From contig NMRA01000081.1 in the NCBI GenBank assembly GCA_002633005.1, forward strand, positions 946,353 to 1,010,352: a DNA stretch of 64,000 nucleotides. Reading direction: 5' to 3'. Each line of letters opens with the position of its first letter. Position 1 is the first letter of the stretch. This document shows positions 1 to 13,508 of the stretch, piece by piece. Below the pieces are notes generated by a model. It did no database searches. It was not told the DNA's origin and saw nothing but the letters and a program-made list of their open reading frames with translations. The translations under genes and the position numbers were made by a program. Origin of the DNA: Phoronis australis. Lineage: Eukaryota; Animalia; Phoronida.

Positions 1-870
1 AGGGATGCAATGTCTCTGTAACAATTGCGTGTGCGCCGCGCCCCTTTCTGAGTGCTGGGCCTTGCACTATGTTTGATTTTTAACCAGCTTTACTTTGGCT
101 CCGTCTCATTCGGCTGCTGCTGTTCACTATCTACACTACTTTGAACGCGCGATATCCTACAGACAGACTTAGCTGTGGCCTATTGTGAATGGGGGCCTAA
201 ACAAAAAATATTTCTCATCACCTCAAGAATAAAATCGGGACACGTCGCCGGAGATTTTAGCCACTAACAAGGGCATTTGCAAAGGCCAGGACGTTTTAAA
301 AATAAAAATGTTTCGTAAACACGCAAGTTGATGTCAGGCGTGCAAGTTCAATGTCACAGTCGGAAGTCGAACAACACGGTCCAGAGCACATGTTACGCTA
401 CAACGAAAAACTGCAGCCTTCGGTGTATTTCCCATTTGTATTTTCATCAGAAATTTACGTTGTGCGGGACTCGGTGACTCTTTCGATAGCTAAAGCGCCA
501 AACACAAGCTAAACGCAAGACAATCAAGTAACGGTCATGACTTCGTCAAGACAAGGTAAAAATTACAAAGCCCGTTACACCAATTCTCAGATTCAAGCCT
601 TATAGAGTAGTAATAATCCGTTGAACGCTTTAGTGAAACGGGAGTTGCGTCGATTCCAAATTAGCGTTTCTAAAATTTTCCTTGTTCGAAAGTCGCGGGG
701 CAAAAATCCGACGTTTATGACATTGTCCGAAGTTCGAAGATCATTAAAAAACAGTTTTTGGACCTTGTACAAATTTGGACTATGAAAAACTCATTTCGGA
801 AATATTTAATCTTGGTCGAAAATGGCGGGCTGTCCGAAAATCACGCGACTTTACCGTAGTTGCACACAGT

Positions 871-1012
871 GGTAGATCCTCAATACCAAGCGTCTGAACC
901 CATTCATAGATTACATCATGGTTAGATCCTGGATAACAAGTGCTTGAGCCCATTCATAGATTACATCATGGTTAGATCCTCGATAACAAGTGCTTGAGCC
1001 CATTCATAGATT
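871..1012. repeat. 50-bp tandem repeat, about 2.8 copies
   Basis: Unit GTTAGATCCTxGATAACAAGTGCTTGAGCCCATTCATAGATTACATCATG is directly visible. Confidence 0.9.
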
Positions 1013-1567
1013 AATGTTAGGCCCTTGACTCGTCAAGCTTCACAGATCATTGTGTGAGTACTATGGATGGTAATGTATGTACCAGTGGTTGTTTCATGTT
1101 GTATTCCAATTTTTGGCGGCATGACTACATGCTGTGGGAAAAATTACCTAAGTGCAATTTGGTGGCATTTGAAAGTTTTTGAAGTGTCCACTGGTGGCCT
1201 AGTTTTATGAATAAGAAAATGTTCAGTAAGTCACGTGACTTTTCGCTCACATATTTTCCACACACACGTAATTGTTAATTCACAGAATATTATTGTGAAA
1301 CATTATGACTGTGAATCACTTTCATTCTGTGCTTGATTATCCAGCTGATTGTAAAACCTTTGCACTTTCACTCGGCATTCAATTGTACTTTCTTAATGTG
1401 CTGTTGTACCCCATATAAATGTCTAAATTTGGTTAACTTCTCAATCAGATAATATCTCAGAAGTAGCTGATTGGAGTCATATGGAACCTTCCTAGACTGT
1501 CCTTTATGCATTGTCCTCCAAAACACTCCTAGGCCGTGTTTTTACCAGCATTTTTTAAGATCTCATC

Positions 1568-1750
1568 TTTTATGTGCCCACATATTTTTTTGTGGATGCA
1601 TGATACCACCATCCCTGTCCAGCGTCCATCTGGCATCTGTCCGGCATCTGCTGCTGTATGTTCAAAACCTCTGAATGGATGATCATAAATTTTTTTTCCT
1701 TTCATGGGACGGCATGAGCTGAGTTTTGGACGGATCCGAGTACGGGTGTT
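1568..1750. mobile_element. Terminal fragment of a dispersed non-autonomous repeat (same family as 36545-37260, 40560-41198 and ~49990-50034)
   Basis: Reverse-complement similarity to 41040-41198, including the terminal hairpin TGCCCACATA...TGTGGA. Confidence 0.55.
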
Positions 1751-2673
1751 TCCTGTCGTGTTTCAATAACTGGCTACAAGCTGAGTTATATCTGGCAGCT
1801 TATCAGGACCATAGATGCGTGAATCATGAACACACCTAAAAATGTCTTGAGCTGTTTTCAGTTAGATATTGAGTCTGGCTGGGCTGGCCAAATTAAGTCT
1901 ATGTTATGCTGTTCAAGCCTCGTTTTGGCATTGGAATGTCAGCCGTGCATAAATTTTAAGTATGGTCTATGTTTGTGGGACAAAGATGGTGGACTGTTGT
2001 TGTGTTTACATGATTGTTTTCATGCCCTGATTGGATGGAATTTTTAACGTAATTGAGATGTTTGAAATATCCATTGTAACAGTTAGCGTAACACAAATTG
2101 TGGCAATATGCTCCATGTGTCATTTGTTGCACTATACCCTTGCATAACATTATGTAAGTCAAACATTTCACTATACACTTGTATAACATTACGAATGAGT
2201 TACATTTCAAGATTATAGAAATCCAACATTGCACCAAGCATTTTTATAGTGTTATATAAATTCATCGTTGCTCTAAAGGTTTATGTATTAAGTCTTTTGA
2301 GTATTGGGGAACGGAGGGTTTTGCGCCCCCTAGAAATGGCTGATGACCAGGGAAGTGGTTGAAAGTGGTGCAGATTGGAGTGTGGTTATGACAAGATCAT
2401 TGATTGTTCACGAAAGTACTGTGATTAAGATAGGTGTACCTAAGTGACAGTATTTGGAGATTTAATACTTAATTTTTTAAAGTGCATTTGTCAAAAGTTA
2501 AAAATGAAGCACCATCTTCGAAGTATGCAAGATGACAAGTTAAACATAATGCACTCAGGTGCAAGCATATGTTGAGATGTGTATTGCCTTGTCTTGGGTC
2601 TGTGCTCTCACTGGCTGTCCCAGTCATCCATCCGTATCTTGTTGATAATTTGTTAAATGTTGGCTATTTTCAG

Positions 2674-5465
2674 GCACATACTCTAATTTATATAATCATC
2701 CAAAAACCATTGAAGAGCCCAAGAAGGTAAGTCTATGTTTTTCTGTTTTTCACTTTGACTTGACTACCTCAGCTTTGTGTACAGTGCTGTAATCGAGAGC
2801 ACTGTGGCCAATTGGCATGTTGGAATCTGGTCCAGTGTTCAGCAATCCTTCGGTCTTTTGTTTGCCCGCACAAGCCACATGCCAATTATCTACCACGTCT
2901 CAAAGAGTTATTGTTGTACCCAATGGATTACAAATTTATGAATGAATATATGAACGTGGAACTTGCTGGCTAGTTCCTTATCACTGTGATTGCTTGACCA
3001 ATTTAGTTAGAAACACAACATATAGCGATGATGTGAATATGAAGTAGGTTGAAAATTGCCAAATGTTTTAAGAATGAGTTTTGCGGTGAAAATGGTCCAG
3101 TGCAAATCACTGAGCCAACCCGGAATGGATCATGGTGTGGTGCTGGGGAATAACACTGCATGATGTGGGCTATGTAAGCCCGCGAGGTATGTCTTTATTG
3201 CAAAGGTCACATATTTGCAGATTTTTGTTTTCACATTTTCAGATTGTCAACGAATACAACTGCACTTTGTTTAGCGTAGATTATGTTAGCATAGCATTGC
3301 CGTTTAGTTCCTGCTATAAACGAACATAGTTAGGAGTATGCAAATACATCTTTAAGATGAAAACGCCTGGGTTGAAAACATGTTAAAAATGCAATCCAAT
3401 TACATTGCTTTTCATGAAGAATTCAATTTTAGAAGCCAAACTATAAAAAATCACTAGTTTTAGAGTATACGATATTGCAATTTATTTCAGCTTAGTGTTT
3501 TATTATTGCAAATTTATCACTTATGAAGTACTTGCTCTGTTCCATTCAAAAAGAACTTAGATCAGTATTCGTGATATCGAGAGTGATGACACTCGCAATA
3601 CTTCTACAAATCTGTTGATAATATGCAAGGGGCAGTGAAAGGAACCGAGTTTCTGATGTATGACCTAGGCGGAAATTTTGAATCAATTTCCAAAGTGCTA
3701 CTTTGAAACGGAGCCTATTGGTTAATGAGATTACTTGAATTGATTATTTAGTTATTAGAAATGAACTACAACATTAGAGGTGCTGCGTCCCCCTCTAGTG
3801 GGCTTTATCTTGAATATTGATGGTATTGCCACCAGGTGGCCATGAGAAGTGAACTGAATATCAGTCACTGATGCAAGTGCTATTTATATCGACATCAGTT
3901 TAAATTAAATGCCTAAATGAGTATTGATATTGGAGATTTGATGGTAAACTGACTATAAACTAAGATATAACACGCATCTTTATTCTCCAGAATTGAATAA
4001 AGATGTGCGTCATATCTTACTGAATGCCTGAAAATAACAAAAAAAAAAATATTTATGTATAATGGATGTTCCTGCTTAAGTTGTCTCACTTCCTTAACGT
4101 CTCATTCTCTGTCTGTCTATCACCAGCGGCGAGAACCTAAGACATCAGTCAGTAACCAGTCAATAGAGGGCATCACTGTAGATGAAGTGGAGACTGAGTT
4201 CAATGAGAGGAATGTTAAAAATACTGCAGCATTTTCTCAGAGATCGAAGAATGAGACTGCAGAGGAGAAAAGGCTTCGAAAACAGGCCGTGAAGATGGAG
4301 CGTAAGGTTAGTATGTAAGAAAATGGTGGAATACTTGTCTTTGGTCAAGAAGACCAAGGCAATAGTTTGTTGATCTGATTTGCATGTACAGTTGTGGCTT
4401 AGGACACCATCTAAGTTTGGGGTACATTAAAAATGGTCATAAATTTAAATATGGTTTGCACAAAAACTCGCTGATTTCTTTATTTTATTGAAAATTCAGG
4501 ACGTAACAAACTTGTGGGACACATTTTGAATATGAGTGTCTTGTAAAAGAGATTATGTATGTTTGCACTTCTTGGTGGTGGCAAAGCTAAGGTGTGGTGG
4601 TTTTTATTCACCTAGCGTTTGAAAATGACAGTCTTCAAATGGCTGCCTCCAGCACATGAACATTCATTTGCTTCCCTTGTCTTGGCAACCATTGCATTGC
4701 TTAACGCATTAGCTGGCATGCTAGCTGAATGCTAAGTTCTTTTCAGTTTTCCTGAGTAGAGTTTTTCTTATGAGTGTCTATGCAAAAAGTAATTAAGTGG
4801 ATTTAGGTTATGGGGGGTAGAGGTTACAGGTAATGTCTCAAAAACGTGAAATGATACGGTTTGGGAAGTGGTGTTTTCATGTTTCCATTGGTGGACTAAG
4901 TGTGTGAGAGGGAGGGCTATTTTGTTGTACAGTATTCAGATGTGCCTGATGTCAAGTTGAGATAACTTTGGATTGAGGAAATTAACAAGTCTATTATTGG
5001 AACACTCAGTTGTAATTATGTCACCTGTTTAAATTTGATTTCACTTAACTAGTATGCATTTTATATAGTATTTTTGTTCTTAGGTATGATTACAGAGGAA
5101 TATGTATTTGCATTTTACGGATTAAAGTGCTCTGCATAGTTGCATTTTGGGGATTTTTGTGACATTGAACTCAGAGTTAATTATATTAATTACTGATTAA
5201 GAAGTCCTTTATACATGCCGTTCTTGAACACTTTTGGAATTAAAAACTTAATTATGTTAGCCTATGCAAACAAAAGGTTTGAATTATGGTGGTAGCTTGA
5301 AAGATGTTTGACATTTCCGCCTGACGTTGTCTACAATCTCTTGATTTACAGGAAAGACGAGTTGAAAAGAAGTTAACAAAGAAAGCTTTCAAGCAGGAAG
5401 AGATTAGACAAGGAAAGGAATTGATGAACTTGAGAAAAAATTTACAGGGAATTAAAATGACGTAG
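2674..5465 (+). CDS. LTV1: LTV1 ribosome (40S) biogenesis factor homolog, 3' part only (last three coding exons; 5' exons lie upstream of the window)
   Basis: Exons 2674-2726, 4127-4306 and 5352-5465, all AG/GT bounded and phase-compatible. They translate to (S)TYSNLYNHPKTIEEPKK / RREPK...RSKNETAEEKRLRKQAVKMERK / ERRVEKKLTKKAFKQEEIRQGKELMNLRKNLQGIKMT*. STYSNLYNHP and ERRxEKK...AFK are LTV1 C-terminal signatures. Confidence 0.9.
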
Positions 5466-8400
5466 CATTACCGTTTTCCAATCAATGGTTAAATTATTAC
5501 ATCATGAACAAAGCCAATGACGAATCATACCTCTTGGTAGTCAATGGAAAGTTGACAGTTTGACAGCAGCAGACTGTTTGGGACACCAGCATATCTTGGA
5601 ACTATTGGTCTAGGGTGAGGACACCAGCACATCTCAGACTATTTGTGTAGGATGAGGAGACCAGCACAGTGCAAGAGTGCTTTCTACATTTATGGTGGAG
5701 AAGCCAATATTATATGATCACTGCACATATTGAACATTTAGAATTTGTTTCGCTGGGAATTCTACTTGATATGGCATATGTGATTTGAACATTAATTTTA
5801 TAAATCTTCACAGAATAGTTTTCATATTTGTCTTGCCTGTGCAACTGTCCTTAGTTGTGAACTTGTAGCTGCTTTTTAAACTGTTTTTACTATTTGACTA
5901 CATAGGTTAATGTACTGCACTGTTGTAAATAGACGGAGAGTTTGTGCTAAAGAACTTTAAAGGATTAAATGTTTAGAATCATAATTATGATTCAAGTGGT
6001 GTTCCAAATTTAAACTGTGCCTTGTGACATAAAACAGGGGTGGAGAATTTGACAAGGCATGCGAAAACTGCCTTGTGGTGACATACTTGGTGTTGTTGTG
6101 GGGACCTCTGTGGTTACTGTCCTTTTAAATAGTCCTGAAGCTACGTTCTCATGTGTTCATCGAGGTGTAAACAAGACATCCCATTACCACTCTTGTAAAC
6201 ATGCCGGAGCACTTGTACACAGTTCTGTTGTTGTTTTGATGGGTGCCTCTAAACCAATTGTTTTTGTGAAGTTTTCCCTGGGTGCACAATGCTTGTGGGT
6301 TAATTAGGGTGTGAATATTTATATATACTGACACTGGCATAGTTCCCATTGGTTGGCATGCGTGGTGATGTTTCTCTGTGGTTTGCAACCCATTGAAAAG
6401 ACAACATTCATGTACAAGAATTACCCAGTTGTTGCCATGTGATTTTATGTGGACTCACCCTGCTTTACAAATGTGTTTGGTTTCAATGTGTTTCCAGAGA
6501 ATGACTACAGCAGTTCAAATTTTGATTTTATCCTTAATATCACGGATCAATTTGGTCTGTTGATTGTTTCATGAAATTCCATATGATGACGAACCTATCG
6601 GTTGCAATCAAACTCCATTTAACTAAGCTTACTGTCTGGGAGCATATAGTCCTAGTTACTATCAACTCGTGTTATTAACTCACTGGACTATTTTATCCAG
6701 ACTTCATTAGCGCTTTAATTGCACAAGTGTTTCAATCATTTGTGAATTATTATGTAACTCTCCATGATTGTTTCATAGTTGTTAAATATTAATTAACCTA
6801 TTTCAATTTACTGAGATTGTCATTAGTAACGCCCTTTTTAACCTTTGATCTTCAAAACCATGCAGTCCGCATCGAATATTAAATTGCTTACTTCCTCTGG
6901 TCATTTACGGCTGACATCACTGCACGCCCATAAACGATCATTCCGCGATTTTTTATATTTTTAAATAATAAAAGCCTGTCTGATGCATGGAACGTCATTG
7001 GTATCCAGAAAATACACTGTTAACCAATCAGGAATCATAGTCTTAATATTGAATTCCAAATGAATGATTGAACAGTTTCTCGGCAGTATAATGTTTTCAC
7101 AGCATAAACACTCCAGAATGCTGGCCTTGCTTGTCACCCAAGCGAGAAAGCCCTGAAGATTTGATCATGCATATACTTTTGAAAACGTGATTGGCTTTGC
7201 AAATTACCGGCGGATTAATACCAAAACATGCGCTCCAAAGTTCAGCGCAAGTGGTTCTCCTGAAGAGTTTGTGATAAAAAAATGCTGAAGATTGTGGGAA
7301 TAGCTTAGAAGCAACTTTTTGACAATTAAGTCGATAACTTCGAAAAGTATAGGTTTACCGGCACGTGCAAAACGCGTGAGCGGTGTAAATTCTTTTGTTT
7401 ATTCTTCCTCTTAAGATATTCAAGATGGTTTCCATGTTCTTGTGATGGCACTGTACGTACATATGGTAATTTTTGGGGGGTAGGCCAAGTTTGGCGGCAG
7501 TTTTGAGGCATGCATTACACGTAGGTTCGTCAAAGCTGTTTTGCTTGTGTTTGTGAACATTGAGTGCTATAGATACACTTTTCTTCAAAATTATGGCTGC
7601 TGTAGCGTTGTTGCGTTGCTGCTGATCATATTGCGATATCAGGTAGCTCTCAAACATTCTAATGAGAGTTGTGTTATCTCGTGTCGAGCACTGGCAGGGA
7701 AGTGTTTGTTTTCAATTGGGCTGAAAATTAGTGTCAATTTTGCGTTTTAACTTTTTGCCACCTTTTTGAAGCCTCGCTTTCTAGTTTTTTCGGTGGAAGT
7801 AAACGGACCAAAAAATAGAGACCGAATATAATGGTTCTGTGGTCATGTGTAACGCGTTCGAGATAAAATTGTTCTTGTTCATAGAGTTTTCGACAAAGGA
7901 AGAAAGGCGTTAGTACAGAGATGTGAGCACTGGCTGTCCGGCAAAACCCAACGAGAACTATACAGTGTCTTGATGCGACCCTCCTTTTTAAAAATCCTGG
8001 ATCCGCCCCTGTGATATTTCAAGATCTATAAACTACGTAGGAATCGTCCGACTACTGGTGACGCTCACCAGTGGTGTAGTGAAGCGTAGATGCAGTACAC
8101 CACCCTTTTCAGTGTAGCGTCTACGTACGATGAACTGAGGTGTAATGGCTCGTAGGCCCACATTATGATACGCTGGCCAGGGCTTCGGGCGTATATATAC
8201 ATCTAAATTTACCACAACAGCATTGTCGCTCACTCCACTCGGTGAACGAGTACTTAAATGTAATTACATTTTTATGTTCTCTACCCTGGAGCTTTCGCAA
8301 TCGAAAGTCATTCGGAATTATCTTAATCTTTTGAAAATCGAACCTCGAATGCCAGTGATGTGATGCGATTACTTTCCAGACTAGTTCAAATTTTGATGGT

Positions 8401-9595
8401 CTAAACCCGCATGCCAGTATATTACGGACCTGAGTACATTTGCTTGGTTCTGCTTTGTTTCGATTTTTTTTTCTAGTTATAAGACTGTGGAATCTGTGAT
8501 TAGCTATTAACCGAACAGATTCGGTGCATTTTTCGAGCAGTGACCTCGTCGTTGCCTGACTGAATTCTTGAAAACTGCCGTCGATGCGGCAACTGAAGTG
8601 GGTGCCCACCAAGCGTGTATTACAGCATTGCGGGGATGCGTAATTTGCAATAAGTGCGGGAAGCAAACGTGTATTCTTGCATCATTGCGCACATGCACAA
8701 CTAGCAATTAATAAACATTTACATTTAGGGTGTATTATTTTACTCACTAGTCAGAGTTATCTCCACACGTTATCTTGTGTAAGTACATGTGTCTATTGTA
8801 AGACAAAAAAGCATGACACCTTGTTACAGCGGGTATAAAAAGCATTCATGGTTTTGATTTCTGTTGTTTCCCGTACTCGAAAATTCATTTGACAACCCAG
8901 ATGTTCCTGGGTCGGGATGTCATCGTTAAATCGGTGTACTCGCCTCTGGTTTTTCAGGATAGCAAATACAATACAAAATTCAAAATATAGAGCGAAACCC
9001 TGAAAACGTTCATAGCTTACAATCTCAATTTAAAACGCGCTTCTTCGAGAAACTTTTTTTGCGGACTCACGAGACTCGGGGCAAAAAAATGAACTTCATG
9101 AAAAATTTGTACAATATTGTGTCCGAACACTTACCGCCACACGACTGATGACATAACTTTATTAGTGTGTGCGCTCGAGACTCGTATTTTTTAACATAAT
9201 TGCGGAGACGCGCATTAGTAACGGACGCGAGAAACAGTACTGCGGACATGTGAAATTAGCAATGTACGTACATGCATCGCTGATGTCATACGTAGGCCCT
9301 AATTAATAATTAAAGACACAAGAAGCATCTGTGTATACATAATTGCGGATATACGTAATTACCAATAGGCACGTGAAATTCTGTCAACAGTATATATTGA
9401 AAATGAACTTTATGTGGCTGAAGGATTTCAAAAACATTTTCACCGAAAAAACGCACTTTCAAACCAGAATAAATATGGTGGGGGTGAATTTGTCTAAAAA
9501 CCAGTCTGCAAGCTTCATTACGTACATTATTTAGTGTAAAATAATGTTTACTGACATGCGATGTTGAAAAATGAGAAATGCGCTTTCGCAAACTG

Positions 9596-9599
<4 letters not shown>

Positions 9600-9636
<37 letters not shown>
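9600..9636. repeat. (CT)n microsatellite
   Basis: Direct CT dinucleotide run. Confidence 0.95.
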
Positions 9637-9639
<3 letters not shown>

Positions 9640-10759
9640 TATGTCGCCTTTGTAAAAGCCTATCCAGGTTTGCTGCTTTTGTATAAAAAATTCTAGCCGC
9701 TATTAACACACAACNCTCTCTCTGTTTGTGTTGTAATTTAGGTTAAAACGAACTTGGCCATCAATCGGAGTCACATAACAACAGATTGGAGATTTCAGGT
9801 GCCACAGTTTCGCGAATGAAGAGACTTCGTGGAAACCTTTGTTCCATAAATAAAGTATACACATACTCAGTGGATTGGCACCCGCCACCCAGGGTAAAAC
9901 CCGCAATAAAGTGACATTATCGGCTAGAAAATATCTGTGATGAAATAAGCCAATGGGCAGACTCAAACCTAGTTGCTTCGCAGTGTCATCAATGCTATGC
10001 CGCTGAACCAACTCCCACGTGTAACTTGGCAGAGTATATGTATTTAACCCTACTTAAATAGTTAAGACACGGTCCTTGAATTCAGCAAGCAAGTGTCTGG
10101 CAGGCATTGGCGATTTGTAATAAAATCACAACACAACGCGTTTCATTACTTTATAGCTTTCCTATCCTACTCAACAATAACCTTAAAAATGCATTTTTCG
10201 GCCGTAAATCCGACAATGACCCTTTAAGAGATGCTTCGAGATACAATAGCATAGTATCCACTAATTAATTTAGCACGCAGAGTAAAATATAATTATATGT
10301 GGTTCGGAATTGTGTTTTTTTACAGTGGCCCAAATGTCGAAATTCTTCAAGATAAATTTCGTAAATTCGTTTTACGTCTTGGGCGAAGTGCCCTTATTCA
10401 GCAGCTAGGGGTGAGCTAGGCAGGTCTACAATGGTGTCAAGAAGGTTTTTAGAATTATTAAATATTGGTTGAAGTTGTTGAAATTGCCTCAGAACAGATA
10501 TTCCTACTCGTGTTATAAGGTGCAGTATCACTTTGCACAAAAAAATCTTGAAAGCTGGGATCTCCGTGTTAAAAACCTACTTTTCAGGACTGGGTTTGGT
10601 ATTGTTTGGGTGAGTCAAGCAGTTGGTAACGAAGAGTTATTTCATGGGCTGCGCTGCACTGAAATAAGTAGGGGGCTATAGCCTCCCAGCCCTCTATGGT
10701 GCACGCCACCCATGTATTTGTACGCGAATTCAACACAGGTATAAAGACATTGACGAACA

Positions 10760-11230
10760 GCAGTGGCTGGACGAAATATCATATCTTAGTGAATTAGATT
10801 CTTATAAGTTAGTTGTTCAAAAATAAACTCATTCTGGAAGAATATGCAACATGTCTAGAAAACAAACATTTAAACACAGCTCTTGCACGTTTTAGATGTT
10901 CAAATCATAAACTAAAAATCTAAACTGACAGGCACTTGGATATAACTAGAGATCAGCGTTTCTGCTCTGTTTGTTCTGACACTGTTGAGGATGAAAGACA
11001 TGTATTATTAGAATGCGCAGTATATGAAGATCTTAGGAGAAAGTTTGGTATTTGTCACAATATTTGTAATTTCTATGGTGATCCCTTCATTTATTTGATG
11101 AAGTCTTGCAACGTTTGGAATTTAGCTCGTTTCATTCACTAAGTTTTTGTTGAGCATAGTTAATTTAATAGTCTGCATTATATCAATCACTTTGTTACGC
11201 GCTTGTGTTTGTTACTTTTAGACTTGTACA
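10760..11230 (+). mobile_element. Degenerate 3' fragment of a non-LTR retrotransposon (L2/CR1-group-like ORF2 C-terminus)
   Basis: Reads LARFRCSNHKLKI*TDRHLDITRDQRFCSVCSDTVEDERHVLLECAVYEDLR, the typical R-x-S-x-H-x-L...C-x2-C...EDE-x-H...C tail of LINE ORF2, with an in-frame stop. Confidence 0.75.
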
Positions 11231-12036
11231 TGGACCGGAGGCCTAAATTATGAAACAACTTGATAAAAAAGTAAAATTAGTTCATAAAGCGACTTGTTAT
11301 CGTTCAGTTTTCGCTTAGAAGTTGTTACTGTAGTAAAAAATACCAGCGAGAGAAAGTGCAATATTTTAATAAATAATTAAAACGACAACAAGTGACACGA
11401 CAACATATTAAATAATACTTAGTTAACATATTTTAATGGTAGCGATGACGGAAAACTAAATGTAAGATAGATGGATATGTAATGAAACAATTATACACAC
11501 TTGAAAAATAATTACATCCACCTATAGGTTTTCCAGATGAAAATAAAGTCATCAAAACTGGAACAAAATATTTCTTTGACAGTAAGAAAACCATTAAAAC
11601 ATAAAACTGACATAAGACAACGAAACCGATAAAACGTTTTCTAAAGGATTTCGATGATTAATTTAATTTGAGGTAACATTCTGAAATCCATGTAAATTTC
11701 ACATTTCTGCTATCAGAAATGTATTTGTTTAGGTGGCTTTAATGGAAAACTGATTCCGTGACAACCTCATTTTTTTGAATTTGTAGTAGGCAAAGACCAA
11801 AATAAAAACATGAAAATTTTAAAAAAACCAGTTGAAAGATAATTTATAACTTAGAAGTACAATGACAATCAAGAAGACTTTGTCAGTTGAATCATACCAC
11901 ACTCCTAAATATTTTACAGCTGTCAAAACATTCAGATATTTTGTATGGAATTTAACCGCCCTAATTAAGACATTTTCTAAATTTAAAGCACGTTGAGTTC
12001 GGAAATAAATTAAAACATCACTAGAGATTTTCTTAA

Positions 12037-13428
12037 TTAAATAGGCTCGCCACCCGGCCAAATGTTCGGCAGCCTACACTTTTGTGGAATTCGTGTTCTT
12101 GGCGACCATCCCCTTTTCTTTATTGGCTCTCCTCCCGGCCACGTGCTGAACACATTTCGAAAGGTTGACACATCACGCTTTCTCAGTATCGGCTCCCCAC
12201 CAAGTCCCGACAGTGCTTGCCTCCAGAAAATGACGCAATCAAGAGATCTATGGTTCGAATTACGCCTTTGTCTGTCAAAGTCGTGTTCTGAACGGGGAGA
12301 ATCTAAACTCTCGCGCTTGTGTCTTTGCGACTGTCCATTTACAAAAGAGTGTTCCACAGGCCCCGTAATGCTATCGATACTTCTGCGCCGAATAGGCTCG
12401 CCTCCGGGCCACATCATGCTCCATGGCAACTGTTTGTCACCGCGAGTACGTTTGGCGGCATTTGAGAAATCGTCCTCCTTTCTGATAGAAGCTCCATATG
12501 TTGACAGAGCGGCTGTTAGAAAAATAATAAAAATAATATGAAAACAAAAAATAAATTGGAACTATGTTCAGAACTTTTTGTTTCATTCTTCTGTAACATT
12601 TTCTCTGTTCACAATGGTCCTTCAAATAAACAATATTTCACACGCTTGTATTTATGTGCAATTGTTATAGCCGTTCACTTTCGATGTTCTCATTTATCAA
12701 CTAGATATAAACAAAAGTAATAAAATGGACTAGTTCTCAACTTCACTTTCACACAGTCCGTGATGTGAAAAATGACAGTAAAAAGATTCCCGAGAAAACC
12801 ATCACAACTGTTTGAAGGTTATGGAGGACCTTATACATAAGTCTGTATGTTTAGCCAAATATCTACTAAACTACAGCTTTTAACTCGGCAAAAGCATAAA
12901 TTTCCTGAATAAAGAAAGCCAATAAAATTAGATTTTTGACTTCCTGCCAATCTGCCATCAGTTGGGCCCCCATGTCTTTGTAGTAAAATACAGCAAAAAA
13001 GAAATAGAAAAGTCAAAACAATGGTATCAACAAGCCAAATTTTGTTTAAATTAAATGCTCAAGACGAAATCTCAAAACGTTTACGTGTTCCTATATTATC
13101 ATTTCGTTTTCTTATTATGTAACTTCTGACTTTTTCTTGAAAATCACACAAGTCCAATTTTTGGAGGCCTCTCATACAAAGGTGGAACGTTTGAATGAAG
13201 CTTATCTGAAATTTTCATAAGAATCCAATTACTCATCTCCGAGATCTGATATTCCGAAGTTGGCCAAATTGGAAAATATTTCCAGAAACCTACCTAAACG
13301 TAACCATAACGCACGTGCTGAGTTAATAACATTCTTAGCTGAAAGGAAAAGAAGTGTAGACAATGTCATTTGTATCTGATCTGATACTCACCACAAGAGC
13401 CAATTACTAAAAACACGCAAACTTTCAT
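12037..13428 (-). CDS. Secreted neuropeptide/peptide-hormone precursor (170 aa) with four GGEPI-ending peptides; family not recognised
   Basis: Exon 1 13428-13392 (ATG...TGT G|gtgagt) plus exon 2 12512-12037 (tttctaacag|CC), phase-1 compatible. Protein: MKVCVFLVIGSCAALSTYG-ASIRKEDDFSNAAKR-TRGDKQLPWSMMWPGGEPI-RRR...SLDCVIFWRQALSGLGGEPIL-RKR-DVSTFRNVFSTWPGGEPI-KKR-GWSPRTRIPQKCRLPNIWPGGEPI*. It has a hydrophobic signal peptide, di/tribasic cleavage sites and a repeated motif with synonymous codon divergence. Confidence 0.85.
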
Positions 13429-13500
13429 TGCCTGGTCTCTATCGGTTAAATTCGTATTCCTTTCCTGCTGCAACTGCTGTTAGCGATGTCGACCGTCGCG

Positions 13501-13508
13501 TTATTATA
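13501..13508 (-). promoter_or_regulatory. Possible TATA box of the peptide precursor gene
   Basis: TATAATAA on the minus strand about 75 nt upstream of the ATG. Position is plausible but not verifiable. Confidence 0.3.

Noticed and set aside
871-1012. Regularly spaced repeats (also 50612-50976 and 54287-54529) as CRISPR-like arrays
   Set aside because: Units are contiguous tandem copies without unique spacers, in eukaryotic introns, with no cas genes.
8163-8666. 167-aa minus-strand ORF
   Set aside because: Non-ATG start, no domain similarity or splice support; lies in repeat-like intergenic DNA.
12062-12541. 159-aa plus-strand ORF with repeated IGSPPG
   Set aside because: Antisense shadow of the WPGGEPI precursor. 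The minus strand has the signal-peptide exon, splice sites and basic cleavage sites.
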